Part shown: in pieces, positions 40,512 to 54,685 of the stretch
Layout of the letters: each line of letters begins with the position of its first letter
Position numbering within the stretch: the first letter of the stretch is position 1
Assembly: GCA_030141605.1 (NCBI GenBank)
Contig: JAQGDQ010000979.1
Coordinates: 1-64,000 of the forward strand
Direction of reading: 5' to 3'
Length of the DNA stretch: 64,000 nucleotides
Source: Tubiluchus corallicola
Lineage: Eukaryota > Animalia > Priapulida
Notes under the pieces: generated by a model
Seen by the model: the letters and a program-made list of their open reading frames with translations, nothing else
Told to the model about the DNA's origin: nothing
Databases searched by the model: none
Position numbers and translations under genes: made by a program

Positions 40512-40884
40512 TTAGAACAATTTAAAGGAAAACATCTGTAAATAAACTTGATTGCAGGTAAATCAATTTGAATTCTTTTAAACCAAAATTTAGTTATGAT
40601 TTGAAGTTTTTGTTGTTGTTTTTCACTTTTTCAACACAAGAATAGTTTATATTATGTTTGCGCGGCTGTATGCAAAGTCGAGGAATAGCATTTTCTTTTT
40701 TACCATACTTAAACAGAGCAAGCAGTGATGTTTTAGTGGCAAATTTACCGGGCCCGATTCTTTTTGGAATTCCCACCCTACATACATCGCGTAAATTACA
40801 GTAACTTTTGGATCATTTAAAAGTCTCTAAATATGTTTGCTAAGTCTTTGCACATGGATATGGAATACCGTTGTATTGGATAGC

Positions 40885-41471
40885 GTCGAATACGCACTTG
40901 CAGTAATTGGTCAGTACATTCATCAATCTCTGGAACATAACAGAAATTTCATGATGTTGACCTTGTATTTCGGCGTTTTGTTTAAAAAATTCTCCTAAAA
41001 TCGGCCAAGGATGGCATCAAATACGCACTTGCAGTAATTGGTCAGTACATTCATCAATCTCTGGAACATAACAGAAATTTCATGATGTTGACCTTGTATT
41101 TCGGCGTTTTGTTTAAAAAAATTCTCCTAAAATCGGCCAAGGATGGCATCGAATACGCACTTGCACTAATTGATCAGCACATTCAACAGTCTCTGGAACA
41201 TAACAGAAAATTCATGATGTAAGCCTTGTATTTTGGCGTTTTGTTTAAAAAAGATCTCATAAAATCGGCCAAGGATGGCATCAAATACGCACTTGCAGTA
41301 ATTGATCAGTACATTCATCAATCTCTGGAACATAACAGAAAGTTCATCATGTAGACTAATGCGCGCGCATTACACGTTTTTGCCGTATGGACTGTCCACA
41401 TACTTGCTGGCCATAATGCATGCGTAGCATCTTAAGATGTGTAATAACTGAAATTTATACCCGTATTTTTT
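40885..41471. mobile_element. Dispersed element with internal 131-132-bp tandem array and subterminal palindrome (Helentron/HINE-like), copy 1
   Basis: ~3.5 units, then a unique ~125-bp tail with palindrome taatgcgcgcgcatta (41357-72), ending acccgtattttt; shared with 48122-48758. Confidence 0.6.
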
Positions 41472-41979
41472 CCACTGATTTAAGAACTTCATATTTTTCT
41501 CTACCCCCCTCCCCTCGTGTTGTTGCTTTTATGCGCATTTCCATTATGTAGGAATTCATAGTTTCCATGCTTGAAACGTTCTATTTCTGTACGTAATTAA
41601 AACAGATTTGCTTGATTGCTTCTACTAGGCCATCTGCTGTAGCAAATGTCATCTTTAATTTCCCTCCACATTCTAACCTACAGCTACAGCCCAAATGTTT
41701 CTCTCTAAACTACAAAAGAAAGACTAATTTTGCGTGATGGCTCGGCGGGACTGGTCACTTTGCAAATAATAGATGAAATAGTGATTATCTTATGAAAATT
41801 GCATTGAATGGTCTCTTGGGATGCAGGCAGCCGACAGACAGTATGGATTGCTGGAGTGGTTGCAGAATAATTGAGCTTATGCTTTGCCTGCTAGGCTACT
41901 AACCACAGATTAAGATTGGCTTCTCTGCTTTTATTTAGGAGGTATTAGAGGTACTTATGGTCTATGGAATTGTATTTAT

Positions 41980-42018
41980 GGTTGTTGTTGTTGTTGCTGT
42001 TGTTGTTGTTGTTTTTGA

Positions 42019-42074
<56 letters not shown>

Positions 42075-42192
42075 TTGCTGTTGCTGTTGTTGTTGCTGTT
42101 ATTGTTGCTGTTGTTGTTATTGTTGCTGTTGCTGTTGTTGCTGTTGCTGCTGCTGCTGCTGTTGTTGTTGTTGCTGTTGCTGTTGCTGTTGC

Positions 42193-42244
<52 letters not shown>

Positions 42245-42304
42245 GCTGCTGATGTTGTTGTTGTTGCTGTTGCTGTGGTTCTTGTTGTTGTTGTTATTGC
42301 TGTT

Positions 42305-42335
<31 letters not shown>

Positions 42336-42572
42336 CTGCTGCTGCTGCTGTTGTTGTTTTTGTTGTTGTTGTTGCCGCTGTTGTTCTAGCTGGTACTGTT
42401 GTTGTTTTTGTTGTTGCTGTTGTTGTTGCTGCTGCTGGTGTTGCTGCTGCTGTTGTTGTTGTTGTTCCTGCTGCTTTTGTTGTTGCTGTTGCTTTTGTTA
42501 TTGTTGCTGTTGCTGCTGGTTTTGCTGCTGCTGTTGTTGTTGCTGTTGCTGCTGCTGTTGTTGCTGTTGTTG
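41980..42572. repeat. (GTT/GCT)n microsatellite
   Basis: Direct runs. Confidence 0.95.
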
Positions 42573-42789
42573 GTTAGGCAGCTAGAAGGATTATTGGGGA
42601 AACGGTTGCGCTTTGAGGCTTTGCATTGAAATGCCGTCAAGTTGAATTTGAAACACAAAGAAACTCTCTGAATTAATACGGATGGAAAAATTGGTCTTGA
42701 AATTTGACATCACACATGCCATCTTATTGCATCCAGGGCTTTTGCTTAGCAGTAACTTATTGAAAACGTAATTACTTTAACTCATTTGA

Positions 42790-43269
42790 AAAAACGTTTA
42801 GATAACATTGTGTGAAGGAATAATCAGACCACGCGTCACTAACTAAGTAAAATTTTAAATCATTGTATCTTGCCAGTAAGACTAAAAAATTCGTTTTTTG
42901 AGTGGTGCACCCTGGTGGTGAGTCAGCTAAGTTTTAGTAATTTTACCAATTGGTGAAAACATATTAATAATGTTTCTTTTCTAGTTATATATGAGCCTTT
43001 GAGGCAGCTAAGCGATAAGTAATATAACTTTGCATGGAAAGCTTTTTGTGATATAATTTAGCATTTCCCTTTTTTCCCTGATTTACCTTGTGCGTATATG
43101 ACGTCATGTAATGAGGCGGTCGGAACAGCATTGCGGGAGATTTAAAATGTAAACAAACGAAAATTCCTTTCAGTGCCAGTAAGATGTGTGCATAAAATTG
43201 CTGTAAAGTAATATAATTTTTTAAGACGATTTTTCTTAAACCTACTTCAGGTACCACCTTTCTTGCCCT
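42790..43269 (-). mobile_element. Kolobok-like family C, diverged copy (a second end fragment lies at ~43490-43640)
   Basis: Same-strand homology to 4830-5323; ends ttcttgccct. Confidence 0.7.
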
Positions 43270-43356
43270 TTAGGTAACTCAATACTTGTTTCCAAGGTGG
43301 TCCCAATTTTTTTACCTGCAGTAATTATTAATATTATTATCACTTTCTTTGCTATG

Positions 43357-43422
43357 CGACTCGGTCGGGAGTTGAACCTGTGACCTTGCGGCCGAAAAGT
43401 GAGCACGCTGCCAGTGAGCTAT
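43357..43422 (-). mobile_element. tRNA-derived SINE head fragment
   Basis: Reverse complement: tagctcactgg (A box)...ggttcaactcc (B box); no complete cloverleaf. Confidence 0.45.
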
Positions 43423-43654
43423 AAAAGCAGTTTTTAAAAGTCTTTTGCTAAAGATAATCCAGGTGTTTTTGTAAAACTTACATTCGACGCGGTCAGAACA
43501 GCATTGCGAGAGATTTAAAATGTAAACAAACGAAAATTGCTTTCAACGCGAATACAGTATGCGCATAAAATTGCTAAAAGTAATCTAATTTTTTAAAACA
43601 ATTTTTCTAAAACTTGATAAGGCACCCCTTTTCTTGTGCTTAACCCTGTTCCTT

Positions 43655-43722
43655 GACAGTTCAATTGCCTAGAGCATGGGGCCTTCCAACCAGAAGGTTC
43701 TCGGTTCGAATTCTGGCTGACT
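43655..43722 (+). mobile_element. tRNA-derived SINE head fragment
   Basis: agttcaattgcctagagc (A-box-like)...ggttcgaattc (B box). Confidence 0.45.
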
Positions 43723-43814
43723 CTCAATTTTTCAGAGCCTTTTCTTCTAAATTTGACGCTTGATTAGTATTGCTAACCAGCATACCAATATCCATTCAGT
43801 AAAAGAGGCAACTA

Positions 43815-44360
43815 TGGCTGTAAAGATAATAACGGTCATCCAGTATTGCCGAATTGTAACTGTGGATTTCGATTTGAGTCTGTTGAACACTTTTTGTTGC
43901 ACTGCCCATTGTATCAACTAGCTAAGGTTGTTATGTTTGATAAATTAAATGAAATACTTCTGCCCGAAAACCTTAATATAGCTGCCTTAGGAAATAATGA
44001 TCTGTTGAAGTTTTTATTATTCGATAAAGATGAATTTAACTATGTTGCTAACTGTAAAATATTCCAATGCATACATGACTTTATATTACGTACTAAACGC
44101 TTCCAGTAGTTTCTATCTGATATAAAATGCATCAGTCTTAAATAATCGTACATTAATATTTACTAACCGTCATTTTTTACTAATGTCTAATGTATCACTG
44201 TAGTAAAACTTTAGTATACTAAAGTATACTAAAAACCAAGTATAGTCAATTCTTACTGTAAATGTTCTTGTAAATAGTGTATAAAGTCTGTTGTGGTGAG
44301 GATCCTAAATCATGTTGTATAAACTGTCTGATCCAATCCTAAATAAATTATGTTTAAACT
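43815..44360 (+). mobile_element. 5'-truncated non-LTR retrotransposon (CR1/L2-group): ORF2 C-terminal zinc finger plus 3' UTR
   Basis: Frame to 44109 encodes CNCG..ESVEHFLLHCPLY...NCKIF..IHDFILRTKRF; AATAAA near the 3' end; perfect 13-bp TSD aaagaggcaacta (43802-14, 44361-73). Confidence 0.85.
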
Positions 44361-44785
44361 AAAGAGGCAACTAGCTGGTACGCCACGTATGTGTGACGTC
44401 ACAGAAGCCACCGATGTCCACAGAGAGCTAATGATAAAACAACATTGAAGATTAATCGTTATCTATGAGCGTGTAAAATGGTTATCTATGGTACAGCACG
44501 TGAAATGACATGTCGCAGAGTAAACACACTGCTATTTTCCCGTGTTTGATGTGCTGTGCGTGATCTTTGACAAACCAACAGAGTACGTACAACAAGTTCT
44601 TCACACAGGCTTCGATCTGGAGAGAGACGATAAGGAAAAATTATGAACTAAACGCACAGATTAAAGCCAACTTTCGTGAATGTTCACTTGTCAATAACAA
44701 TCAGCGTCTTCGTGGTTATTTGTTAAGATTTGTTCAAGAGTGGGTTGGTACATAAATCAGTAACCTGAAATCGTTTATTGCTGGT

Positions 44786-45052
<267 letters not shown>

Positions 45053-45755
45053 CTCGTTTTTTTGGCAAACTGAAGCAAATGATTAGTTGAATTAATGTTC
45101 ATTATAAGTTATTAAAATGAGACAGCCGACTTGATGACACTTATCCGATTAAAATGCTGACACAAAAACTCATGTAATACCGTAATGTTTATTTTTCCAC
45201 AAGAAACGAAATACTAAGACAAAATAAATTAGAAAAATACTTGCCAACAATATAATACATCAAACATATATTTAACATTTCCCATTCATGCTTCTTATGA
45301 TCACTGAACTAAAAGGATAGCCGTAAACATCCTTTAGTCTCATTGATTTTGCTATTGATTCTCTCTCACTGTAACTCGCATCTTTCAGATCTAATTAGTC
45401 CAAGTGTTGCTTAATTAGTGCATTCTCTAATAATATCAGTGCAATTAATTTGAGCGACAATCGTTAATACTTATCAGTGGTGACATCAACGTGTACGGGA
45501 TAGCTCCACTGGATCAGAAGTGAGTGGTTATGTAACATCGAGCTGATGCAGAGGAATTGTGGGATTGATCGAGTGTCCGAACAATCGTAAAAGGACAAGA
45601 TGGTGATGTGACGTAATGGCGTGATTAGATAAAGTCCTGATTACGTAATTAAAGCATATATTGTTGTTAGCATCGTTTTATGGTGTAATATGAGTTGGTT
45701 AAAATTAGTCACCAATTCGTAGATTTGTGTACAAATGTCTGAACGTGTCTTTTAA

Positions 45756-46288
45756 AGGAAAACCGGATGATTGTGTAAAAACGAGTTCAGAATAGAGAAT
45801 GCTCTAAAATATTGAAAACTACAATAGCTTATTTTAAATCAAAGCTTAGATTAAATAATAATTACCTCGGATACTCAAATTTTGTTAAACTTTCAAAGCT
45901 ACGCGCGGCTCATTGAATCTACTAAGATTGGCAACGGCGCCTTTTTGTCACATTCGTGTGGCCAACTAATAGAAGGCGGTACCGTGATAACCATGATCAT
46001 GAACTGCAGTGTTAGTTTCGACGTCATATGACGTAGTGCCCATTTCGTGACATCGCTCATTTAAGCAGTAACACTTACTCAAACCTACCTGACGCGCATG
46101 GGAAGATGCCTGCCATTGCACAAACTGTGGTTAGTTTCTGACGTAGCTGTGTTCAGTTGCCGTTAATAACTTTCTAAGCTAATTATTCAAATATAAGAAA
46201 CAAATACCAAGTTTTATTGGCAAGAAAATGTATATTTTGGACTGTAAATTAAAATGAGATTGAGTCTAATCAACCATCCAATTTTCCT
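45756..46288 (+). mobile_element. Kolobok-like family A, full copy
   Basis: TTAA(45752-55)-aggaaaaccggatg ... catccaattttcct-TTAA(46289-92). Confidence 0.8.
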
Positions 46289-47528
46289 TTAAAGTTACTA
46301 CTGTGTCTAGGGGCTGAACCAAACGAAAAAAAAACTGGGTTGGTTGCTGAATTTTAAAGATGGTCGACTCAAATCGACTCGGTCGCTTAGCCACGTGGCC
46401 AGTGCGTTCTTGTTCTGAGTCTATGCAGTGCTCGGTCGAATATAGGCAGCAATAAGGGGGGGGGGGTAGAGTTGTCAGTTCATTTCGGAAAAGTTTCGTT
46501 CCTGCAAGGCAGTCGTCTACAAGTTACAGCCCTGTAAGACTTTGGAATGGCCTTTTCTTAAGAAGCTAAACTCTATTTTCACTTTGAGGCCTTTAAGACT
46601 TACGGCTGATTGCAAAAATTGACCCAAAAACATTACATGTTTTATACAAATGGTCACAAACAAGACCAGTGGTCACTCAGGGTGTATAGTAGAAATAAAA
46701 AAGTTCAGTTGACCGTTTTCCAAGTTTTAGCTTTTAGCTCAGCTGCAGGCAGTGACGTCATTTGTTCACTGTATTTGTTTTCAGTTTGTGTAATTGTATG
46801 TAACATATGTGTGTATGTAACTGTAGTAGTGTTTTTGTGTAATAAACAATAGACAACAACGTATGAAACAAATGTATAGGGAAATAGGTTTCTTATATAT
46901 AATTCGCTAGTGATGGGAGGCATTTGCTGCTATGCTTCTTCGAGCAGTTGAGGTTAAATTTAACATGGAAACGGTTTTTGGTGAAGAATTCCACAAATAA
47001 GACGCCCGAGGGAAATAAAAAGCTGAATCAGTAGTAACCTTGACTATCTTTTCTTGCAGTTTCCACCTTGCTTACGAGCGCAGTGAAAGTCCCAAGAGAG
47101 AACACGTGACAGCAGTGCTTTTCAGGTGCACTTTTTCTTGTCGCGCATTAACAATACCGCGGTGCATTACCCGAGTATTCATCCGCTCCCCAGAGGGCGC
47201 GCTTTATTCAAAACAAAAATGGAGATATGCAAATCCAGCGTGACGTAGCTTGCCAATACTGGTTTGTGTTAATGATGATCTAACAAGATTTGTTCATGTT
47301 GCTTTTGAAATGGAAATTTGCGAGGAAATTAGAGTTGTGGAAAGTGTTGATGGTGAGTGCAGTAAGGGAAGCTGTAGACTTGTTAATTTGACATCTTCCT
47401 ATGTTTGCACAGACGTAATAGCTGCCGGGTATGGCTTCTTTTACAGCCTTGAAAATTTGCATGTAAATTCACATTCAAATTTGCTGCTGGCTGCTGGTTT
47501 CTTTCTCACTCGGGCGTGATAACCGGGT

Positions 47529-47756
47529 TAAGCATTGTTCACACTTTCAGAAACTGGCTTCTTTTCTTGCTCTCTGTTAGCTGTGATGAGCTGATTAAGC
47601 ACTGTTCACACTTTCAGAAACTGGCTTCTTTTCTTGCTCACTATTGGCTGTGATGAGCTGATTAAGGATTGTTCACACTTTTAGAAACTGGCTTCTTTTC
47701 TTGATCTCTGTTAGCTGTGATGAGCTGATTAAGCACTGTTCACACTTTCAAAAACT
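47529..47756. repeat. 67-bp tandem repeat, ~3.4 units
   Basis: taagca(c/t)tgttcacactttcagaaactggc at 47529, 47596... Confidence 0.9.
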
Positions 47757-48121
47757 AGCATGACACCATGAGTTAAGGCCGATTCACACTGCTCGCCTGA
47801 TTGGCGTATGTTCAATGTCACGCTGAAATGTGTGAAAAGTTTTAAAACTCTTTTTTTTCGTTTGCGACGCTTCAAGAAGGGTAGTTCGAAGTCTTTCAGA
47901 CGCTGAGAAGTTGTGAACAGATACTTGTGAATTCCCCATTAAGATTTTTCACTCGGGCCACATATCTTTGGAACCTTCTGCCAGAATATTATTTATCTGA
48001 AAACTTTATCTTTACTCGCTTAAAAAATAAATCAAGCTTCTGTCACTAGCAAATTAATTAAATGAATATTTTTCTGGTTCTTTATTTTCGTCTTTTCTTG
48101 CAGCCCCTTTAATATGAATGG

Positions 48122-48758
48122 TTGTTGACCTTGTATTTTGGCGTTTTGTTTAAAAAAATTCTCTTAAAATCGGCCAAGCATGGCATCGAATACGCACTTG
48201 CAGTAATTGATCAGTACATTCAACAGTCTCTGGAACAACAGAAACTTCATGATGTTGACCTTGTATTTTGGCGTTTTGCTTAAAAAAATTCTGATAAAAT
48301 CGGCCAAGGATGCATCGAATACGCACTTGCAGTAATTGATCAATACATTCAACAGTCTCTGGAACCTAAAAGAAAATTCATGATGTTGACCCTGTATTTT
48401 GGAGTTTTGTTTAAAAATATTCTCTTAAAATCGGCCAAGGATGGCATCGAATACGCACTTGCAGTAATTGACCAGTACATTCAACAGTCTCTGGAACTAA
48501 CAGAAAGTTCATGATGTTGACCTTGTATTTTGGCGTTTTGTTTAAAAAAAGATCTCATAAAATCGGCCAAGAATGGCATCGAATACGCACTTGCAGTAAT
48601 TGATAAGCACATTCATCAATCTCTGGAACATTCATCATGTAGACTAATGCGCGCGCATTACACGTTTTTGCCGTATGGACTGTCCACATACTTGCCGGCC
48701 ATAATGCATGTGTAGCGTCTTAAGATGTGTAATAACTGAAACTTACACCCGTATTTTT
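48122..48758. mobile_element. Helentron/HINE-like element with internal ~131-bp array, copy 2
   Basis: ~4 units plus the same tail and palindrome (48645-60) as 40885-41471. Confidence 0.6.
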
Positions 48759-49595
48759 AAGGTCAATTATGTCACGCACCTCCTACCTCCTTGTTTCCAA
48801 TTCAAACTAATTGCAACGTTCTGTGTGCCTCAGTCAAGCTTTATTGGCGTTTTTCTCTTGTAAAATGACAATTTAAGGCGTTCACGGGTGCGTCAACGCT
48901 GCGTAATTTTAACCCTCGCGTGTCAGACGTGAGGGAAAATACTTCCCGTTGTCTTCCGGTTCTCAAGTGCAGCTGACACGTTACGGGAAGTTTTACTGGA
49001 AATCAAAACAGCACCCCGAAGACTCGACTCGACAATGATATATCGTTCATATTTAAGCATTCGAAAGATTTTGAGAGAAATTTCTGTTTCTCTTGCGCTC
49101 GGAAGCCAATTTTCTGCTGTTAATTGTGACCGTATTGAGGCAATAACTTTGTATAGAATGGCTTCGCCTACGTGAGGCGAATTTTCTAAAGGTTGGTTTC
49201 GTATCGCGGCTCTAGCGGCGACATTTCGCGTTTCTCTCTGATTCGCATTCCTGTGGGGTAGCTGCGTGGGTCACTTCAAATCTTACCCACTGTCAACCGG
49301 TACGACTATTAATCACTGTCGAGTAATTACATATTTTACCGCTATGTGGTGCTGTCCAGTACGGACGCCACGTCTCCGCCGTGCTGGATGCGCCCTCTAT
49401 CGGCATTCGGAAGAAGTTTTTCTAATTCTCTGGTGGATTTTCAGACGATGAAATATTTTGCGAGAGAAATTCAGGTAGACCAGTAGACATAATGAAAATC
49501 GATTTCTCATTATTCCTGCATCTTGACCTTGCTATTTAATGGATGACTGACAGTCTGAATTTATTGATGTATGATGTTGTGGCATTTGTAAAGGA

Positions 49596-49626
49596 ATAGT
49601 AGTGGTGATGGTGGTGGTAGTAGTAA

Positions 49627-49659
<33 letters not shown>

Positions 49660-49711
49660 CAGCAGCAGCAGTAGTAGTAGTAGCAGTAGCAGTAGCAGTA
49701 GCAGTAGCAGT

Positions 49712-49758
<47 letters not shown>

Positions 49759-49995
49759 CAGGAGTAGCAGCAGTAGTAGCAGTAGCAGCAGCAGTAGTAG
49801 TAGCAGTAGCAGGAGTAGCAGCAGTAGTAGCAGCAGCAGTAACACCAGCAGTAGAAGCAGCAACAGCAGCAGTAACACCAGCAGTAGCAGTAGCAACAGT
49901 AGCAGTAGCAGTAGCAGCAGTAGTAGCAGTAGTAGGAGTAGCAGCAGTAGTAGCAGTAGCAGTAACACCAGCAGTAGAAGCAGCAACAGCAACAG
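49596..49995. repeat. (AGT/AGC)n microsatellite
   Basis: Direct runs. Confidence 0.95.
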
Positions 49996-50944
49996 TGTTC
50001 AGAAACGAAAAGTGATCATTTTTCACTCTAAGTGCATTGCCTGAAAAATTATCATTATTTCATTGTCAGTGCATTGTCGCCATTACCAGTAACATCATTA
50101 TCAACGTCGCTGTTGTCGCTGCCAATGCCCTTCGTGGGAAAACACCGGGAAAAATTCCGCAACAATGATAACTAATGATTCTCGCTTGAAATCTGAAATA
50201 CGGTTTCAATGTCTACGCGTCCATTTATCTAGACATAAATATAAAAAATGATTATTTGATATGCGTAATTTTTCAACGTAAACAATGCATCAGTCATACG
50301 TAAAATATATGTAACTAATCTTACACACACTACAGATGACAAATCATGAACAGAAAAACTCTACCTCTCATTGTTACGCGTTTTAAAACTTCCATCATAG
50401 CTTGTATAGCTCGAGGCAGCCATCTTGTCTTTGTGCTTTTATGATGCGTCTAACACAATGTCATTCATTTGAATAACACGTGTTCTGCTGGGGGGCAAAC
50501 TTTCTTATAAACTAATTAAGCATTGTCAAGTTTCATTCTCGACTGAGCGTGTTAAACAGGTATTACCATGTCACAATATCCGAGCAGGTATCAAAGCAAA
50601 GAAATGTATTAAATTTTTTCATCTCGGAGAATTAATTATGCGTTTGCTTTTAATAATAAAAGGGGGTAGCATTTAATGATAAAGGGGGCGATATTTCACC
50701 GGGCGTGCTTTAGTTATAGGACTGCCATACATGAGGGAAATAGGGCAATTTATAAAGTGTAGCCGCATATGCTGGTCGTCTCTTTTACGGAAAATTGATT
50801 TCCCTTTTGTTCATTATGCATATCATTATAATATGAAGGTTTGCTCTTCTTGTGACAGTGTCTTGGTGTAGCTGCTGCTGTTGGCGTCAGTGTTGCTGTT
50901 CTGTTGCTCTGTTGTTGTTGCTGTTGCTGTGAGATATGATTACG

Positions 50945-51402
50945 AATCCAGGTAATGAAATCACAGGTAATAAAGTCACAGGTAAAAAAGCCACACGTAA
51001 AAAAACCACGCGTGAAAAAGGCGTACTGGTAAAAAGTCGTAGAAGAAAAGAGGCACAGGAAAAAATCCTAAACTTAATTCTAATCCTTCTTCTATCCCTA
51101 GCCCTAACCCTAATCCTAATTCTGACCCTAATCCTTATTCTAACCCTAGCCCTAATCCTAATTATAACCCCGACCGTAATCCTAATTCTAACCCTAACCG
51201 TAATCCTAAATCTAACCCTAACTCTAATCCCAATTCTAACCCTAACCGTAATCCTAAATCTAACCCTAACTCTAATCCTAATTCTAACCCTAACCGTAAT
51301 CCTAAATCTAACCCTAACTCTAATCCTAATTCTAACCCTAACCGTAATCCTAAATCTAACCCTAACTCTAATCCTAAATCTAACCCTAACCCTAATCCTA
51401 AA
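50945..51402. repeat. Element end (aaaaagtcac-type short repeats) joined to a (CCCTAA)n-derived array with 48-bp higher-order unit
   Basis: accgtaat at 51245, 51293, 51341; leader similar to the reverse complement of 24040-24130. Confidence 0.75.
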
Positions 51403-52364
51403 TACAGGAGGTAGTGCCCGTCTAACTAGTGAATGGTGAAATGTTTAGTTTCCTTTCAATATTTTAAAGAGTAGATTGTTTTTACCTTCAGTTTAATATT
51501 TGATCTGTTTTTGTTTTAAGTACGAATAGTGAACGTACCTCATTCATTTCTATATTTTTAATGAACTTTGTAGCCTTTTGGACTTATCAATGATTAATTC
51601 TAAGCATAATGCATTAAAAATAATAATAAAATTACTACACGTGGTTCGAAACCATGCTGAGCTGATTTCTTTCAACGTACAATTTACAGTGCTGGCAGTC
51701 CGTGTCAAACATTTTCCCGGTCAGCATCTTCCCGTGCTTACTGCGTCATCATTGCCCCTCCTGTCAGCACAAACGAGGCAGTATCCTCTTTGTTGTTAGC
51801 TGTAATTTGAACAAGGTTTCTGTTTGTTTACAAAATCGTGTTGACAAACAATAACTTCACACGAACCGTGCGTTTATCATTTCATGGAGGGGGCGGATCC
51901 AGGTCTAATTACGAGTGCAGCCCCCTCTTGCTACCCTGCTGTTTCATTACTATTCACAGGAATGCCCCTGTAAATACGAATGCGTGCAATTATAATTTCG
52001 TGATGCCACCAGAATATAAACTAAGTTGAATTAAAATTCACACTTTTTAAATTTTGTTACATCAATTCAGATCAAGTTCAATTTGAATAAAGAAAATAGT
52101 TTTTACATAGTTTAAGTTAAGTGAAGTGCATTAAATTAGCTCGAATCAAATTAAATTTCAAACGTACAACTTTGAAATACGATTAACTTAGTTAATAAAT
52201 CAGTTTAAATCAAATTGAATATACGAATAGGGTGTGCCTTTAAAATAAGGTTTGTACCGTGTGATGATGTAAAAGGTATTAGTAAATTTAGTTTATTAGT
52301 AAAATTAGTTTATTAGTGAAAGGTATAAATCAATTTAAATGACATTTTTCATTCATTGCAGCGT

Positions 52365-52706
52365 ATATCAAAATCGTGATTACATATTATGTTTTCCTTA
52401 TGTTTCCTTGCTATTATTACATCATTTACTTTATTTCAAAGTTATTTCAATATTTATATCAAAATCGTGATTACATATTATGTTTTCCTTATGTTTCCTT
52501 GCTATTATTACATCATTTACTTTATTTCAAAGTTATTTCAATATTTATATCAAAATCGTGATTACATATTATGTTTTCCTTATGTTTCCTTGCTGTTATT
52601 ACATCATTTACTTTATTTCAAAGTTATTTCAATATTTATATCAAAATCGTGATTACATATTATGTTTTCCTTTTGTTTCCTTGCTGTTATTACATCATTT
52701 ACTTTA
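52365..52706. repeat. 91-bp tandem repeat, ~3.7 near-identical units
   Basis: atcaaaatcgtgattacatattatg at 52367, 52458, 52549, 52640. Confidence 0.95.
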
Positions 52707-53364
52707 TTACATCAATTGCATTAAGTCATCTACAAAAGCACACATAACGTTAATTATTTTTTCATTTAAGTAAGGTGAGTGTGTTAATGACCGAATGGTC
52801 GTACACTCACCTCACACTACTCAAATCATTTTATTTATTGTTTATTTATGTGTACAATATTGTATTTTGATGTGTGAAAAGTAAATTCATAGTTCAGAGA
52901 TGTTAATAATAGTCATAAGTCATTTATTTTAAGTCATGTTATTCTTGGCGTACTGGACAAAATACTTACCAAGAAGATGCCAAATTTCAAAAAAATCATT
53001 TGTTTAGTTTCTCTATATCCTTTCTCGTCTTTTCTTGTAAAATTATAATCTGACAAGTTCAACAATTTTCTTCAAATTTAGTTGGGAAGTTTATACGTAC
53101 TGTACGTGATCATAATCATTGCGTTTAACTCTGTTAAACTGCACGAGTGTTTAGTTGTGATAGGAATTATCCCTGACATCCCTGTGTAAATGAACGCCCT
53201 CCTTGATCCACCGCTTTGTTGCGATAGGAGGGATCTCCCGGGGGAGTTCCGCTGGCTTCCTGTTATCAAAACATGAACGCACGGGTGGGTTGGTTGCCTG
53301 GGGTGGGTGGTGTCACACTGCTCGATTTTCTCTTGGTAAGGATGCAGTGTTCTGTTAGCGCTCG

Positions 53365-54306
53365 TAGTGGTTGTGTGGCACAGTTCTACAGTGTTAAAGT
53401 AATTGTTATAGTGGCTGTGTGGCACTGTTCTTCAGTGTTGTAACTAATTGTTATGGTGGTTGTGTGACACAGTTCTTCAGTGTTAAAGTAATTGTTATAG
53501 TGGCTGTGTGGCACTGTTCTTCAGTGTTGTAACTAATTGTCATAGTGGTTGTGTGGCACTGTTCACTAATTGTTATAGTGGTTGTGTGGCACAGTTCTTA
53601 AGTGTTAAACTAATTGTTGTACTAGCTGCGTGACACTGTTCTTTAGTGTTAAACTAATTGTTGCAGTAACTGCATGGCACGGTTCTTCAGTGTTGAACTA
53701 ATTATTGCAGTAGCTGCGTGGCACTGTTCTTTAGTGTTAAACTAATTGTTGCAGTAGCTGCGTGGCACTGTTCTTCAGTGTTAAACTAATTATTGCAGTA
53801 ACTGCGTGGCACTGTTCTTCAGTGTTAAACTAATTGTTATAGTGGTTGTGTGGCACTGTTCTTCAGTGTTAAACTAATTATTGCAGTAGCTGCGTGGCAC
53901 TGTTCTTCAGTGTTAAACTAATTGTTGCAGTAGCTGCGTGGCACTGTTCTTCAGTGTTAAACTAATTATTGCAGTAGCTGCGTGGCACTGTTCTTCAGTG
54001 TTAAACTAATTATTGCAGTAGCTGCGTTGCACTGTTCTTCAGTGTTAAACTAATTATTGCAGTAGCTGCATGGCACTGTTCTTCAGTATTAAACTAATTA
54101 TTGCAGTAGCTGCGTGGCACTGTTCTTCAGTGTTAAACTAATTATTGCAGTAGCTGCGTTGCACTGTTCTTCAGTGTTAAACTAATTGTTCCAGTAGCTG
54201 CGTGGCACTGTTCTTGAGTGTTAAACTAATTGTTCCAGTAGCTGCGTGGCACTGTTCTTGAGTGTTAAACTAATTGTTCCAGTAGCTGCGTGGCACTGTT
54301 CTTCAG
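53365..54306. repeat. 44-bp minisatellite, ~21 units
   Basis: gtggcactgttcttcagtgttaaactaattattgcagtagctgc repeated. Confidence 0.95.
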
Positions 54307-54685
54307 ATATAACATGTGAAATGAAAGTATTCGTGATTTATAAAACATTCATTTTAAGTGTATGTGCACAGCACGAATGCTTATAACAAATAGTTTTTCA
54401 ATGGTTGTGGAATTCCATAAGTTTTAAATGTCATGAAATCCTATATAGCTGATAAAATTTTAATCAGATTAAGCAAAATTTGTGCCTTGTTTCAGTCACA
54501 AGGTATATTAGTTGACAAGAAAATGGATTTTTAACTAGTACACACGTTTCATCATAAGTCTAATTTTAATTTAATTACACATAACTGTTTAGTTTGTAAT
54601 TAAAATAAGTTATTTAAGATTTAGCAAACAGGTTCGTTATTTGAGATTCATTTTAGATCTGAAGTTTGTCAAAGTTTCTGCTTTA

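Noticed and set aside
47250-47519. 89-aa non-repetitive ORF
   Set aside because: TTG start, no recognisable motif or convincing splice sites; cannot be supported without a search.
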